From the NCBI GenBank assembly GCA_965207885.1, contig OZ242311.1:3296001-3360000 (forward strand): DNA of 64,000 nucleotides, read 5' to 3'. Each line of letters starts with the position of its first letter. Position 1 is the stretch's first letter. A model generated the notes under the pieces. That model was not told where the DNA came from. It saw only the letters and a program-made list of their open reading frames with translations, and made no database searches. This DNA comes from Candidatus Latescibacterota bacterium (lineage in GTDB: Bacteria; Latescibacterota; UBA2968). The translations under genes and the position numbers were made by a program. Positions 47,190 to 56,275 of the stretch are shown piece after piece.

Positions 47190-49883
47190 ATGACGCATTT
47201 CTATAAGTTTTCTGAAATCGGTCGTCTCCCTCTTCCAGGAGACAACGTCGGCATTGCAACCCGAAAACTGGACGGAGGCACGCAGATTATCCATTCAGAT
47301 CGCACCTTCGCGCTTCGGCACACCATCCTCGAAGGCCATCGCTTTGCCATCCAACCCATCGCGCCCGGCGACCCCCTCCTCTCGTGGGGCTTGCCCTTTG
47401 GCATTGCAACGCGCCATATCTATCCCGGAGATTATGCCTGCAACCCGGAAATCCTTGGCGCCCTTAAACTCCGCGATCTCGACTTTGAACTGCCAGACAT
47501 GCCCAACTTTGAAGATCGCATTGTTCCATACCAGATCACCACTTTTGAGGCAGGCGAGCAAGTCAAGCACTATGATCAGTGCGGTACTTTTCAGGGTTAC
47601 AAAAGACTGGGAGGTCGAGGCGTAGGCACGCGAAATAATATTGTTATACTGGGAACATCCTCTCGTACAGCGAGTTATGCCAAACAGCTCGAAGCGAGGT
47701 TACAAGACCGCATACGAGATTATCACAACATCGATGGCATTGTTGCAGTGGCCCACACCGAAGGCGGCGGCACTGAAATCCCCAATAACAAAGACCTCTT
47801 ATTGCGTACACTCGCCGGATTTGCAGTACATCCAAACGTCGGTGCGGTACTCGCGATCGACTATGGTCACGAAGCCATCACCAATCAGCACCTACGGGAA
47901 TTTCTCGCGCAAAACAACTATCCTATCGACCATGTCCTGCACCACTTTCTCACGCTTGAAGGCAGCTTTGAAAACGCGCTAAAACAAGGCGAAAACATCA
48001 TTGCCAAATGGCTGCCGCAAGTCCAGACAATGGTCCGCACACCCGAACCCCTATCGCACATCAAAATCGCACTGCAATGCGGTGGCTCAGACGCATTCTC
48101 GGGCATCTCTGGCAATCCATTAGCTTCGTGGGTGGCAAGAGAAATCATTCGCCACGGCGGCTCGGCCAACCTCGCAGAAACCGACGAACTCATCGGTGCA
48201 GAGTCCTATGTCCTCCAAAATGTCTCATCTTACGATGTCGCCCAATGCTTTCTCGACAAAGTGGAAGCCTATAAAACCCTCGCTGCATGGCACGGAACAA
48301 CGGCAGAAGGTAACCCTTCTGGTGGCAACAAATTTCGCGGCCTCTACAACATCGTCCTCAAATCAATCGGCGCGGCCATGAAGCGTCACCCGGATGTCCG
48401 TCTCGATTCTGTCATTGATTACGCGGCACCGATGACCGATCCGGGGTACTATTTCATGGACAGCCCTGGCAATGATCTCGAAAGTATTGCCGGACAAGTA
48501 GCTTCCGGATGTAATATGATCTTCTTTATCACGGGCAATGGCTCAATCACAAACTTCCCCTTTGTACCCACCATCAAGATCGTCACCACATCCGAACGCT
48601 ATCATCTACTCAGTAAAGATATGGATGTCAACGCGGGTGCATATCTGGACGGTACCTCCATGGACGACCTCGGCAGCGATATGTTTAACCTGACCTGCAA
48701 AATCGCCTCGGGAGAACGCAGCAAAGGCGAAAAAGCCGCACACGCACAAGTCTCGATATGGCGCACATGGCGACAGACCTCAACAGATCACCTGCCCGAC
48801 CTCAAGAACCGCCCCGAACCCCGGGGCGTGCCACTCGCTATTCAGGTATTGGACGCCGACGAACACAGCTTTGAAGCCATTCGCACCCGAGATGGATTTA
48901 CAACCGACCGCCTGGGCCTGATTCTGCCCACCAGCCTGTGTTCTGGACAAATCGCGCTGATGGCGGCAAAACGCCTCACAGAAAAGGGTCTGGGCCACGA
49001 TAAGGGCATCTCGCGCTTTGTCGCCCTCGCGCACACCGAAGGATGCGGCGTATCGGGAGAAGTCACCGAACGCCTCTACACGCGCACTATGCTCGGCTAC
49101 CTCACTCACCCTCTCGTACACACCGGCCTGTTATTGGAACACGGCTGTGAAAAGACCCACAACGACTATATTCGGCATGAACTAGACGACAGAGGGATCA
49201 GCCCCGATGCATTTGGATGGGCCAGTGTGCAACTCGACGGCGGTATCGAGGCCGTTCTCGACAAGGTCGAAGCCTATTTTATCAGCCAGTTCGTACAGAC
49301 TCCCCCTCCTGAAACCACTCCTGCCAGCCTGTCCGAACTCCACGTCGGTCTTCATGCTTCTGGTTCTATTTCCAATATAGCCGCGCAATCACTCGCCATT
49401 CTATCCCAATCCTTGATCGGTACAGGTGCCACGCTCATTGTACCCGACAATGCGAGTTTTCTGTCTCATCCTATATATCTATCCGAAGTTCTGGGCGACA
49501 CGCCACCTGTATCCACTCTTGCACACGGGCAAAATCCCACCCAACCGGGCTATCACATCATGGACAGCCAGACCGATCACTGGGTCGAAACCCTCACGGG
49601 ATTGGGCGGCACAGGCGTCCACCTCATCGTCGCCTACTCAGGGGATCACCCCTTGCAGGGGCACCCCCTGACCCCAATGCTTCAAACAACCGCCGAAGAG
49701 CGCGTCGCTAATTCCTATGGCGATGACTTTGACCTCATCTTCAACACCGAACCCAAACACAACGCCGACGCTCTCTTGCGCCAGATCATCTCCATCGCCT
49801 CTCGCCAATACACGCCCAAAACACCGCTAACGGGCAACACAGATTTCCAATTCACCCGAGGACTTCTGGGCGTCTCGATGTAA
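47190..49883 (+). CDS. UxaA/GarD-family (altronate/galactarate) dehydratase with internal domain duplication
   Basis: SAF domain (GDNVGIA..GHRFA), VGTRN, HTEG, LQCGGSDAFSG, NPSGGN, TGNGS; second HTEGCG/HGCE lobe; ATG 47190 with AAAGGA RBS. Confidence 0.88.
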   Translation: MTHFYKFSEIGRLPLPGDNVGIATRKLDGGTQIIHSDRTFALRHTILEGHRFAIQPIAPGDPLLSWGLPFGIATRHIYPGDYACNPEILGALKLRDLDFELPDMPNFEDRIVPYQITTFEAGEQVKHYDQCGTFQGYKRLGGRGVGTRNNIVILGTSSRTASYAKQLEARLQDRIRDYHNIDGIVAVAHTEGGGTEIPNNKDLLLRTLAGFAVHPNVGAVLAIDYGHEAITNQHLREFLAQNNYPIDHVLHHFLTLEGSFENALKQGENIIAKWLPQVQTMVRTPEPLSHIKIALQCGGSDAFSGISGNPLASWVAREIIRHGGSANLAETDELIGAESYVLQNVSSYDVAQCFLDKVEAYKTLAAWHGTTAEGNPSGGNKFRGLYNIVLKSIGAAMKRHPDVRLDSVIDYAAPMTDPGYYFMDSPGNDLESIAGQVASGCNMIFFITGNGSITNFPFVPTIKIVTTSERYHLLSKDMDVNAGAYLDGTSMDDLGSDMFNLTCKIASGERSKGEKAAHAQVSIWRTWRQTSTDHLPDLKNRPEPRGVPLAIQVLDADEHSFEAIRTRDGFTTDRLGLILPTSLCSGQIALMAAKRLTEKGLGHDKGISRFVALAHTEGCGVSGEVTERLYTRTMLGYLTHPLVHTGLLLEHGCEKTHNDYIRHELDDRGISPDAFGWASVQLDGGIEAVLDKVEAYFISQFVQTPPPETTPASLSELHVGLHASGSISNIAAQSLAILSQSLIGTGATLIVPDNASFLSHPIYLSEVLGDTPPVSTLAHGQNPTQPGYHIMDSQTDHWVETLTGLGGTGVHLIVAYSGDHPLQGHPLTPMLQTTAEERVANSYGDDFDLIFNTEPKHNADALLRQIISIASRQYTPKTPLTGNTDFQFTRGLLGVSM

Positions 49884-49908
49884 ATAATGGAACATACAGG
49901 AGATATCA

Positions 49909-50268
49909 ATGTCTAAAATCAGCTTTTACACCTGGAACAGATGAAGTTCCTGCCGCAAGGTGAAAGCGTGGCTTTCACGAGAAGGCGTGAATTTTGAGGA
50001 AAGGGATTTCTTCAAAGACGAGTTCTCTGAGGAAGAACTCCGAAAACTGCTCGGCGACACTCCGCCAACCGACATATTTTCTTGGCGAAGTCCTTCGGCG
50101 CGAACGCTAAAACTCAATCGGGAGGGCGTGTCGGCAGATGAACTGATTCGCCTCATGGTTGACCAGCCCCGGTTGATACGCCGGCCACTGATACACACCG
50201 GTGATCGGCTATTCGCAGGCACGGACAAAGAGGCGATGGCAGAGACATTCCCCGGCTACAATCTGTAA
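49909..50268 (+). CDS. Spx/ArsC-family redox protein, predicted selenoprotein (UxxC)
   Basis: AGGAGA RBS; MSKISFYTWNR-TGA-SSCRKVKAWL...PRLIRRP; in-frame TGA 49942-49944 at the first Cys of CxxC; hairpin at 49960-49978. Confidence 0.85.
49960..49978 (+). promoter_or_regulatory. Putative bacterial SECIS apical stem-loop
   Basis: GTGAAAGC-GTG-GCTTTCAC; loop begins with G, 23 nt after the UGA. Confidence 0.7.
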
Positions 50269-50274
50269 TTAAAC

Positions 50275-50306
50275 AAAAAAAGCCAGACAAAATATCTGGC
50301 TTTTTT
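50275..50306. terminator. Bidirectional intrinsic terminator
   Basis: AAAAAAAGCCAGA-loop-TCTGGCTTTTTT. Confidence 0.85.
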
Positions 50307-50321
50307 CACTTTACACTTCCC

Positions 50322-51380
50322 CTACCCGACCTTAACTTCCCGCCCCGTGCGCCCGGATTCAAACACCGCAGTAATAATTTCCACGGCCTGGCGCGCGCTT
50401 TCAAGGCCAATCATAGGCTCGCGGCCTTCATTGATCGCCCCGATAAGATCTTCGATAATCAACGTATGCCCATCTGAACTAACGGCCAGGGGATCTGCTG
50501 AAATATTCTTCTGTTTGTCTTCTTGATCGCCGTAAAAACCCAGCATCTCTGCTTCTTCCGATGCCTCGTTCTCACCCTGAATTTTCCAGGAAATCAACTT
50601 TGAAGCATCTTTCATAATCGACCCATTCTGGCCGTAAATAGTCACCAGTTGCGGAAGCCCTGGATAGCAGCAAGTCGTCGTATAAACCGTGCCAATTGCG
50701 CCATTCTTAAACTTGAACAACGCCACAGTCTGATCTTCTGCTTCGATATCGTGCCCAAAAACGCCAAACATACCCATCACAGACTCGACGCCGCCTGCAA
50801 GCCACTGAATCAAATCGACAGTGTGAACGCCCTGATTCATCAGCGAGCCTCCCCCATCGAGATCCCACGTTCCCTTCCACGATCCATGTGCGCCCTGATA
50901 ATAGCTATCCGCGCGATACCAGGGCAAATGGCCGTGAACGCCGATCAACTTACCCAGCTTGCCGCTATCAACCGCATCTTTAATCCGCCTGTTTAGAGGT
51001 TCCAAACGCGCTTGAAAAATACATCCGACCTTTACCCCGGCATCCTTCACCGCACCAATTAATTGGTCAACGCGCTCAGGCGTAATATCTGCGGGCTTCT
51101 CAACGATCATGTGCTTACCCGCATCTGCAGCCTGAATACCCAACTCGGCGTGCTTTCCAGACTCAACGCAAATATTGACGACCTGGACCTCATCATCCTG
51201 AAGCATCTCTTCATAACTCGTATAAGCTTTGCACCCGTATTCCTCAGCCGTCGGTCCCAAACGCTCCTCATCTAAATCGCACACGGCCACCAACTTCGCA
51301 CCTTCGGCCCGTGTGACAGACCGACAGTGATTCGTGCCCATACCCAGTCCAACAACGCCAAAACCCAGCTCTGCTGCCAT
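50322..51380 (-). CDS. Gfo/Idh/MocA family oxidoreductase
   Basis: GVVGLGMG, VEKP, DGGGSLMNQGVHTVD. Confidence 0.92.
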   Translation of the reverse strand: MAAELGFGVVGLGMGTNHCRSVTRAEGAKLVAVCDLDEERLGPTAEEYGCKAYTSYEEMLQDDEVQVVNICVESGKHAELGIQAADAGKHMIVEKPADITPERVDQLIGAVKDAGVKVGCIFQARLEPLNRRIKDAVDSGKLGKLIGVHGHLPWYRADSYYQGAHGSWKGTWDLDGGGSLMNQGVHTVDLIQWLAGGVESVMGMFGVFGHDIEAEDQTVALFKFKNGAIGTVYTTTCCYPGLPQLVTIYGQNGSIMKDASKLISWKIQGENEASEEAEMLGFYGDQEDKQKNISADPLAVSSDGHTLIIEDLIGAINEGREPMIGLESARQAVEIITAVFESGRTGREVKVG

Positions 51381-51554
51381 AACATCCCTCCAATCAAAAA
51401 TGTAAGATCAATCTATCAAAACGCCGCCCAATGTAATGAGACACCCGTCCACGAGCAAGCAAAAATTATTAAGGGAAAGACCTTGACATTTGGCGAGAAC
51501 AGGCTATACATAGTTAAAGAGATAATCTACAAACTATGAACGAGGAATCACACC

Positions 51555-52244
51555 ATGTGCGGTCGATTTGTTTATGCTGCCCAATGCGATGAAAACCAAC
51601 TCGCATTTCCACAGGTTGTTTTTCCCAACGAGATGCCATTGCGATACAATATCGCGCCGGGCCAGAACATCACGGCGATTGCCAATACTGCTGAGCCGCG
51701 GGCAGACACCTTCAAATGGGGACTTATTCCATCGTGGGCAAAAGATCACAAAATTGGCAACCGACTCATCAATGCGCGGGGAGAAACCCTTGCGGAAAAA
51801 CCCTCATTTCGCACGGCCTTTAAAAGACGGAGATGTCTAATTCCCACAACGGGATTTTACGAATGGCAACGCAATCCCGACGGCAGAACCAAAACTCCCA
51901 TGTGTATTGCACTCAAATCCGGCGCACCCTTTGCCTTTGCTGGCCTATGGGAATCGTGGCATTCACCTGAAGGACAACACATCCAATCCTGCACCATAAT
52001 CACAACCGAGCCCAACGACCTGATGGCACCGATTCACAATCGCATGCCCGTTATCCTCCCGGCTGATGTATATGATCTCTGGCTTGATCCAGAAGAAAGA
52101 ACGGACCTCCAGGAACTCCTCATTCCCTATTCTGCACAAGAGATGAACGCACACCCCGTTTCCACCCTTGTCAATAACCCCGGGAATGACACGCCGGACT
52201 GCCTGAAACCCGCGCAACCGCCCGAACAGGGCGCATTGTTTTGA
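51555..52244 (+). CDS. SOS response-associated peptidase (SRAP/YedK/HMCES)
   Basis: MCGRF N-terminus, RYNIAP, WGLIPSW, INARGET, GFYEW, HNRMPVIL. Confidence 0.96.
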   Translation: MCGRFVYAAQCDENQLAFPQVVFPNEMPLRYNIAPGQNITAIANTAEPRADTFKWGLIPSWAKDHKIGNRLINARGETLAEKPSFRTAFKRRRCLIPTTGFYEWQRNPDGRTKTPMCIALKSGAPFAFAGLWESWHSPEGQHIQSCTIITTEPNDLMAPIHNRMPVILPADVYDLWLDPEERTDLQELLIPYSAQEMNAHPVSTLVNNPGNDTPDCLKPAQPPEQGALF

Positions 52245-52268
52245 TCCCACCCCTTCGGAGCAAACACA

Positions 52269-53027
52269 ATGACCATTGTCGATACACACTGCCACATTGG
52301 ACTTCACAAATACGAACCCGTGGAATCTTTACTCTACCACATGAACACATCCGGCGTTGATCGTGCCGTCTTTATCCAATACGCGGGGAACTCGGATAAC
52401 CAGTACATGATCAATAGCATGGCGGCACATCCGGGAAAATTTCAAGCGGCCATGATTGTTTCCTCCACAGACGATGGCACAGCCATGCGACAATGGACAG
52501 AACACGGTATTGTCGGCATTCGCCTTCCGGCAAATAGTCGCGCCGATTGCGCCGCTCCCCTCGCGCAGTGGCGTACAGCAGCCGAACTCGACCTCGTTGT
52601 CAGTGCGCCGAGCAGTCCCCAGAGCCTTCTAAGCGATGAATTTGCAGAAGTAATCAGAGAATTTCCAACTCTGTCCATTGTGATCGAACACCTTGCGGGC
52701 ATCGGCGAGGGCCAACAACCTCCTTATGATACCTTCAAAAAAATTCTCGAACTCGCCGAACACCCCAATCTGTCCATCAAACTTCCCGGATTCGGCGAAA
52801 TCTGCCCCGTCCCCTTGCCCTTTGATCCCATTCCTCCACTCGCCGACATGGCCATAGAAGCCTTTGGTCCTCAAAGAGTCATGTGGGGAAGCGACTATCC
52901 TCCAGTAAGCAGACGCGAAGGCTATGACAACAGCCTCAATGTCCCAATGGATTATCTGTCTGACCTCAGCGAAGAAGACAGAGAATGGATATTCGGAAAA
53001 ACCGCCCTGAAAATCTGGCGGTTCTAA
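52269..53027 (+). CDS. Amidohydrolase_2 family protein
   Basis: DTHCH, IEHLA, MWGSDYP, IFGKTA. Confidence 0.88.
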   Translation: MTIVDTHCHIGLHKYEPVESLLYHMNTSGVDRAVFIQYAGNSDNQYMINSMAAHPGKFQAAMIVSSTDDGTAMRQWTEHGIVGIRLPANSRADCAAPLAQWRTAAELDLVVSAPSSPQSLLSDEFAEVIREFPTLSIVIEHLAGIGEGQQPPYDTFKKILELAEHPNLSIKLPGFGEICPVPLPFDPIPPLADMAIEAFGPQRVMWGSDYPPVSRREGYDNSLNVPMDYLSDLSEEDREWIFGKTALKIWRF

Positions 53028-53045
53028 TTTCGGTATATGGCAAAG

Positions 53046-53082
53046 TATGTAAATTGCATCTGAGAGTGAACTTACATATATT
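53046..53082 (+). promoter_or_regulatory. brnTA promoter and operator
   Basis: TTGCAT-N17-TATATT bracketed by the inverted repeat TATGTAA/TTACATA; ATG 6 nt downstream. Confidence 0.6.
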
Positions 53083-53088
53083 TAGACA

Positions 53089-53373
53089 ATGGAATTTGAA
53101 TGGAATTCGTCAAAAAATGTCTCCAATATTGAGAAACACGGAATCAGCTTTTTACGGGCTGCCAGGATTTTTGATGGTCCTATATTGAAATTTATTGATG
53201 ATCGAAAAAATTACGGCGAAACTCGGTATGTGGCAATCGGTATTGTCGAAGGCTTAGAGTACTACGTCGTTTACACCATTCGAGAAAATCGCTATCGAAT
53301 CATTTCTTGCAGAAGGGCAAATCGAGATGAAAGAAAAAAATATCGTGAGATATACCCGGGATCGTCTTCCTGA
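53089..53373 (+). CDS. brnT: BrnT family toxin
   Basis: MEFEWN..KN..N..KHGISF, YGETRY.AIG, VVYT.R...RIIS.RRAN..E. Confidence 0.93.
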   Translation: MEFEWNSSKNVSNIEKHGISFLRAARIFDGPILKFIDDRKNYGETRYVAIGIVEGLEYYVVYTIRENRYRIISCRRANRDERKKYREIYPGSSS

Positions 53374-53614
53374 AGATACCGAATCAGACATGGCGCGGGT
53401 TGAATCAATGACCGAAGCGGATATTGAAGAAGCCGCACGCTCTGATCCGGATGCTCAACCGACAGATGACAAATTCCTATCCAGAGCGCAAATCGTGCTC
53501 TCCATCCCTCTGGATCAGGACACTTTTAAGTGGTACCAGAGCCGAGGGAAAAACATCGAAACAACTGTCCAGTCTGTACTCCATGAATACAAAAAGATGC
53601 ATCAAGTTTCTTGA
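53327..53614 (+). CDS. brnA: BrnA-like antitoxin
   Basis: Overlaps brnT; D.ARV..MTEADI..AA..DPD, SIPLDQD..KWY RHH-like C-terminus. Confidence 0.8.
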   Translation: MKEKNIVRYTRDRLPEDTESDMARVESMTEADIEEAARSDPDAQPTDDKFLSRAQIVLSIPLDQDTFKWYQSRGKNIETTVQSVLHEYKKMHQVS

Positions 53615-53634
53615 TCTGCAATTAAGGCACAGCT

Positions 53635-53680
53635 ACGAAAAAACAAAAGCGTCAGCTACTTGAGTCGACGCTTTTTTCGT
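53635..53680. terminator. Bidirectional intrinsic terminator
   Basis: AAAAGCGTC-loop-GACGCTTTTTT between convergent genes. Confidence 0.7.
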
Positions 53681-53704
53681 TTTGCAACACGTTGTCTAAC
53701 AATT

Positions 53705-54355
53705 TTAATGTTTTCCTTCGGATAAACGCCGTTTTCTCGTTCTTTCTTCCAATCTATTGAACCAGTCCAAGCCTCTGATTCCACACTGATCTCGTATTAA
53801 CTCCTTCAATTCTCTTGTTCGATTGTTTAATCTTTGAACCTCTTGTAAAAATGACGCCTTTTGAGCCTTTACTTTATCTCTCCCGTCAAAAGCGCTTTCC
53901 CGCAGTTCACGAATCTCTTTTAGCTGCAATTCAATGTCACGTATTAACGTTTTGTTCTTTTTCTCCCTCGTTTTTTTAAAAAATATAAACCCTTTGTCCT
54001 TTATTTTTTTCGCTTCTTTTAGTCTTTCTCGAAACAATGTTCTCTGGTCTTTTGCTTCTTTTAACATTTTGTTCAGACCATTTTCAGTGTTACGGGCATC
54101 ATCCAAGAGTTTGTATGCAGCATCCGCTGTTTTCATAGAGGCATAATGTTCATCGACTAAAATCTGGAAATTATAACTATATTGTGCTTGAGCAAGATGG
54201 GCTTCGATATTTCTTCGATGCTCCTCAACGCTACGTTCAACATCCCATAGCATTTCCTCCCAACGTTGACTGGCCTCGCGTTCTTCATCCGAGACAGCCT
54301 TATAGATAAGTGCTACAATTCCACCTACTACTGCAACAGGAATCAACAACCCCAT
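53705..54355 (-). CDS. Hypothetical coiled-coil protein with N-terminal TM anchor
   Basis: MGLLIPVAVVGGIVALIY then a charged heptad helix; GGAGG RBS; AT-rich. Confidence 0.75.
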   Translation of the reverse strand: MGLLIPVAVVGGIVALIYKAVSDEEREASQRWEEMLWDVERSVEEHRRNIEAHLAQAQYSYNFQILVDEHYASMKTADAAYKLLDDARNTENGLNKMLKEAKDQRTLFRERLKEAKKIKDKGFIFFKKTREKKNKTLIRDIELQLKEIRELRESAFDGRDKVKAQKASFLQEVQRLNNRTRELKELIRDQCGIRGLDWFNRLEERTRKRRLSEGKH

Positions 54356-54359
54356 AATC

Positions 54360-54914
54360 CTAACCCTCCAATAGTTTGGGAGAAATTTCAACAGGAGGCA
54401 AAGCTTGAACAAGTTGTTTGAGAGATTCGTTGGCCTTATCTCCAAAAAGGGGTAACTGTTTTATTAATTGGATTGCGAAATCTTTAGCATTTTGACGTTC
54501 TTCAAGAGATAGACCTTTCTTAAAGGATTGCTCTTGAGCAATTTGCGCCATCTCCAAAACCCTCACTCTTTCTATGTGAAGCCTTTGTAATTCTGCATTT
54601 ACTGTTTCATAGAAGCCAACAAGCGCGATTCTTCTTTGAGTAAGTTCTTCCATTTTCAGTTTAAACGAATTATCAATCACATGGTGTGCAATGTCCGCTT
54701 GTTCCTTTATTCTGGTCAGCTCAACCTCAAGGCGCTTTGTTTCAATTTTATACGCCAGAGTTTTGGCGTATGACTCAGCTATAGCACCAAGAGGATTAAA
54801 TGCTTTTAGAATGGGTATCCACTTGCCTCCTGTTGAATTGTGAAATTCTCGTGCTGGCTCAACTTTATCAATTTTCCCAACAGAAGCATTACTCGTTTTT
54901 TGAGCTCTATTCAT
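54360..54914 (-). CDS. Hypothetical all-alpha/coiled-coil protein
   Basis: TAAGGAG RBS before ATG 54914; amphipathic WIPILKAFNPLGAIA then long helices; 4 nt gap to the next gene. Confidence 0.75.
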   Translation of the reverse strand: MNRAQKTSNASVGKIDKVEPAREFHNSTGGKWIPILKAFNPLGAIAESYAKTLAYKIETKRLEVELTRIKEQADIAHHVIDNSFKLKMEELTQRRIALVGFYETVNAELQRLHIERVRVLEMAQIAQEQSFKKGLSLEERQNAKDFAIQLIKQLPLFGDKANESLKQLVQALPPVEISPKLLEG

Positions 54915-54961
54915 TTTATTCTCCTTACCATTTGTTATACCGTACTTTGGAATCAAGAGAC

Positions 54962-55663
54962 TCACTGGAAATCACTAAAATCTATACGAAACAGGTAATC
55001 TTCCATCTCTTTGTTCCAATCATCTGCAACAAACGCCTTGATTTGGATTAACCGGATTGAAAAGCCACAATACTCGTTTAAGTATCGAACAGCTTTCTGG
55101 AGTTGAGGTTTAAAACACTCGTCCATGATTATTCCGGTTTTCGGCAAGATACGAACAGACCGATCTTTGATATGATTTTTCTTGATAAACTCATCAAATG
55201 TGTCACCATGAATGTCTCTGGCAGTCGCATCCAAGACCGTATTCAAAAATTTTTTGCGGTAACATCGAATCCAGTCGAGATTGATGTCTTGAAAGTGCAA
55301 ATCAGCGATGTACCGGATTAATTGACCGTGAGTATCAAGTGCTGTTCCACCGATTTTGAGTTCACAGGGTAGTAACCCACCATCGTTGCGAATATAGAGG
55401 ATGTCAACTCGTTGTGCTTCATCACCCAACTTGAATTCAGTTCCTACCAACTTATAGCCCTTTATAGGGAAATCTGACCAGACGTTGCCTTGGCGAAGAA
55501 GGTGTTTAAGTTCATATTCTCCCCATCCAAGGTCAGCTTTAAGTCCGATACCGCGTTTCATGCGGGCATAGTTCGACCAGTGTTTATCGCTTAACGGTGG
55601 TATAATCCCGACCATGACAGGCAAGGGCTGATTTGTACCTTTGGCGCAGTAGAGCGACTTCAT
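54962..55663 (-). CDS. NucS/EndoMS-like PD-(D/E)xK nuclease domain protein
   Basis: LVGTEF..RVDILY....LPCELK......GQLIRY motif order. Confidence 0.75.
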   Translation of the reverse strand: MKSLYCAKGTNQPLPVMVGIIPPLSDKHWSNYARMKRGIGLKADLGWGEYELKHLLRQGNVWSDFPIKGYKLVGTEFKLGDEAQRVDILYIRNDGGLLPCELKIGGTALDTHGQLIRYIADLHFQDINLDWIRCYRKKFLNTVLDATARDIHGDTFDEFIKKNHIKDRSVRILPKTGIIMDECFKPQLQKAVRYLNEYCGFSIRLIQIKAFVADDWNKEMEDYLFRIDFSDFQ

Positions 55664-55684
55664 AATGCCTGACTTCTTTGTGTA

Positions 55685-55734
55685 AAAAGCACCGCATTGT
55701 CCGGGCAATTGTCCATTCAAATAGCGGTGCTTTT
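55685..55734. terminator. Terminator-like hairpin at the cassette boundary
   Basis: AAAAGCACCGC-N28-GCGGTGCTTTT. Confidence 0.55.
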
Positions 55735-55764
55735 ATTTTTTGTATCTAAACTGATTTTCTGATT

Positions 55765-56208
55765 TTACTCTTCATACTCGGGAAATGCGGGAGCCAGCAA
55801 AAAGGCACAATCTTCGTGACATTTACCGCAATAAGGTACCATAGCGCGGAACTGCTTATTCGCCTCTTTGACATTTCCCGCCTTGGCAGCCGACGCAATC
55901 CCCAAAGCATGTGTTTGAGAATCCTTATTGTAAATCGTGAACTTTTCTTCGTGTTCTGGCGGATAGAGATCGATCACCGCTTGCAATGCATCCTGAATCT
56001 TCTCGGCATCGTCGGCAACCCCATCAACTGTCTCGTTTTTCAGCGCGACCATAATCCGGTCTGTACTCAGCTTAATCTCGCGCATTTTCGCACGTCTTAC
56101 TGGCAGATTATTGTCCGACTGTTCGTTGCCCCCACCACAGCCAGCGATACCAGCCATCACAACACCCAGAATTACCGAACCCAGAGCCATAAACCTCAAA
56201 TAACGCAT
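55765..56208 (-). CDS. Cytochrome c'-like (class II) lipoprotein
   Basis: Lipobox IAGC; helical bundle with R...M near the N-terminus and a C-terminal CGKCH heme motif. Confidence 0.72.
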   Translation of the reverse strand: MRYLRFMALGSVILGVVMAGIAGCGGGNEQSDNNLPVRRAKMREIKLSTDRIMVALKNETVDGVADDAEKIQDALQAVIDLYPPEHEEKFTIYNKDSQTHALGIASAAKAGNVKEANKQFRAMVPYCGKCHEDCAFLLAPAFPEYEE

Positions 56209-56275
56209 TGATTCCTCCTCATTTCATTCTCGTTTTACAGTGCGAATATGATAATAAACTTTTCCGAACACAAAA

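Noticed and set aside
49960-50268. 102-aa GTG-started ArsC ORF, or a pseudogene interpretation
   Set aside because: It lacks the redox motif and an RBS; the upstream RBS/ATG, UGA at the Cys position and the SECIS-like hairpin favour Sec read-through.
51481-51554. LexA box upstream of the SRAP gene
   Set aside because: A TTGACA promoter element is visible, but no convincing GAAC-N4-GTTC or CTGT-N8-ACAG palindrome.
53694-53700. GTCTAAC (RYYYAAC / GTTRRRY) as an integron attC core next to the AT-rich genes
   Set aside because: No partner core site or L-boxes at attC spacing, no attC between the cassette genes, and no integrase in the window.
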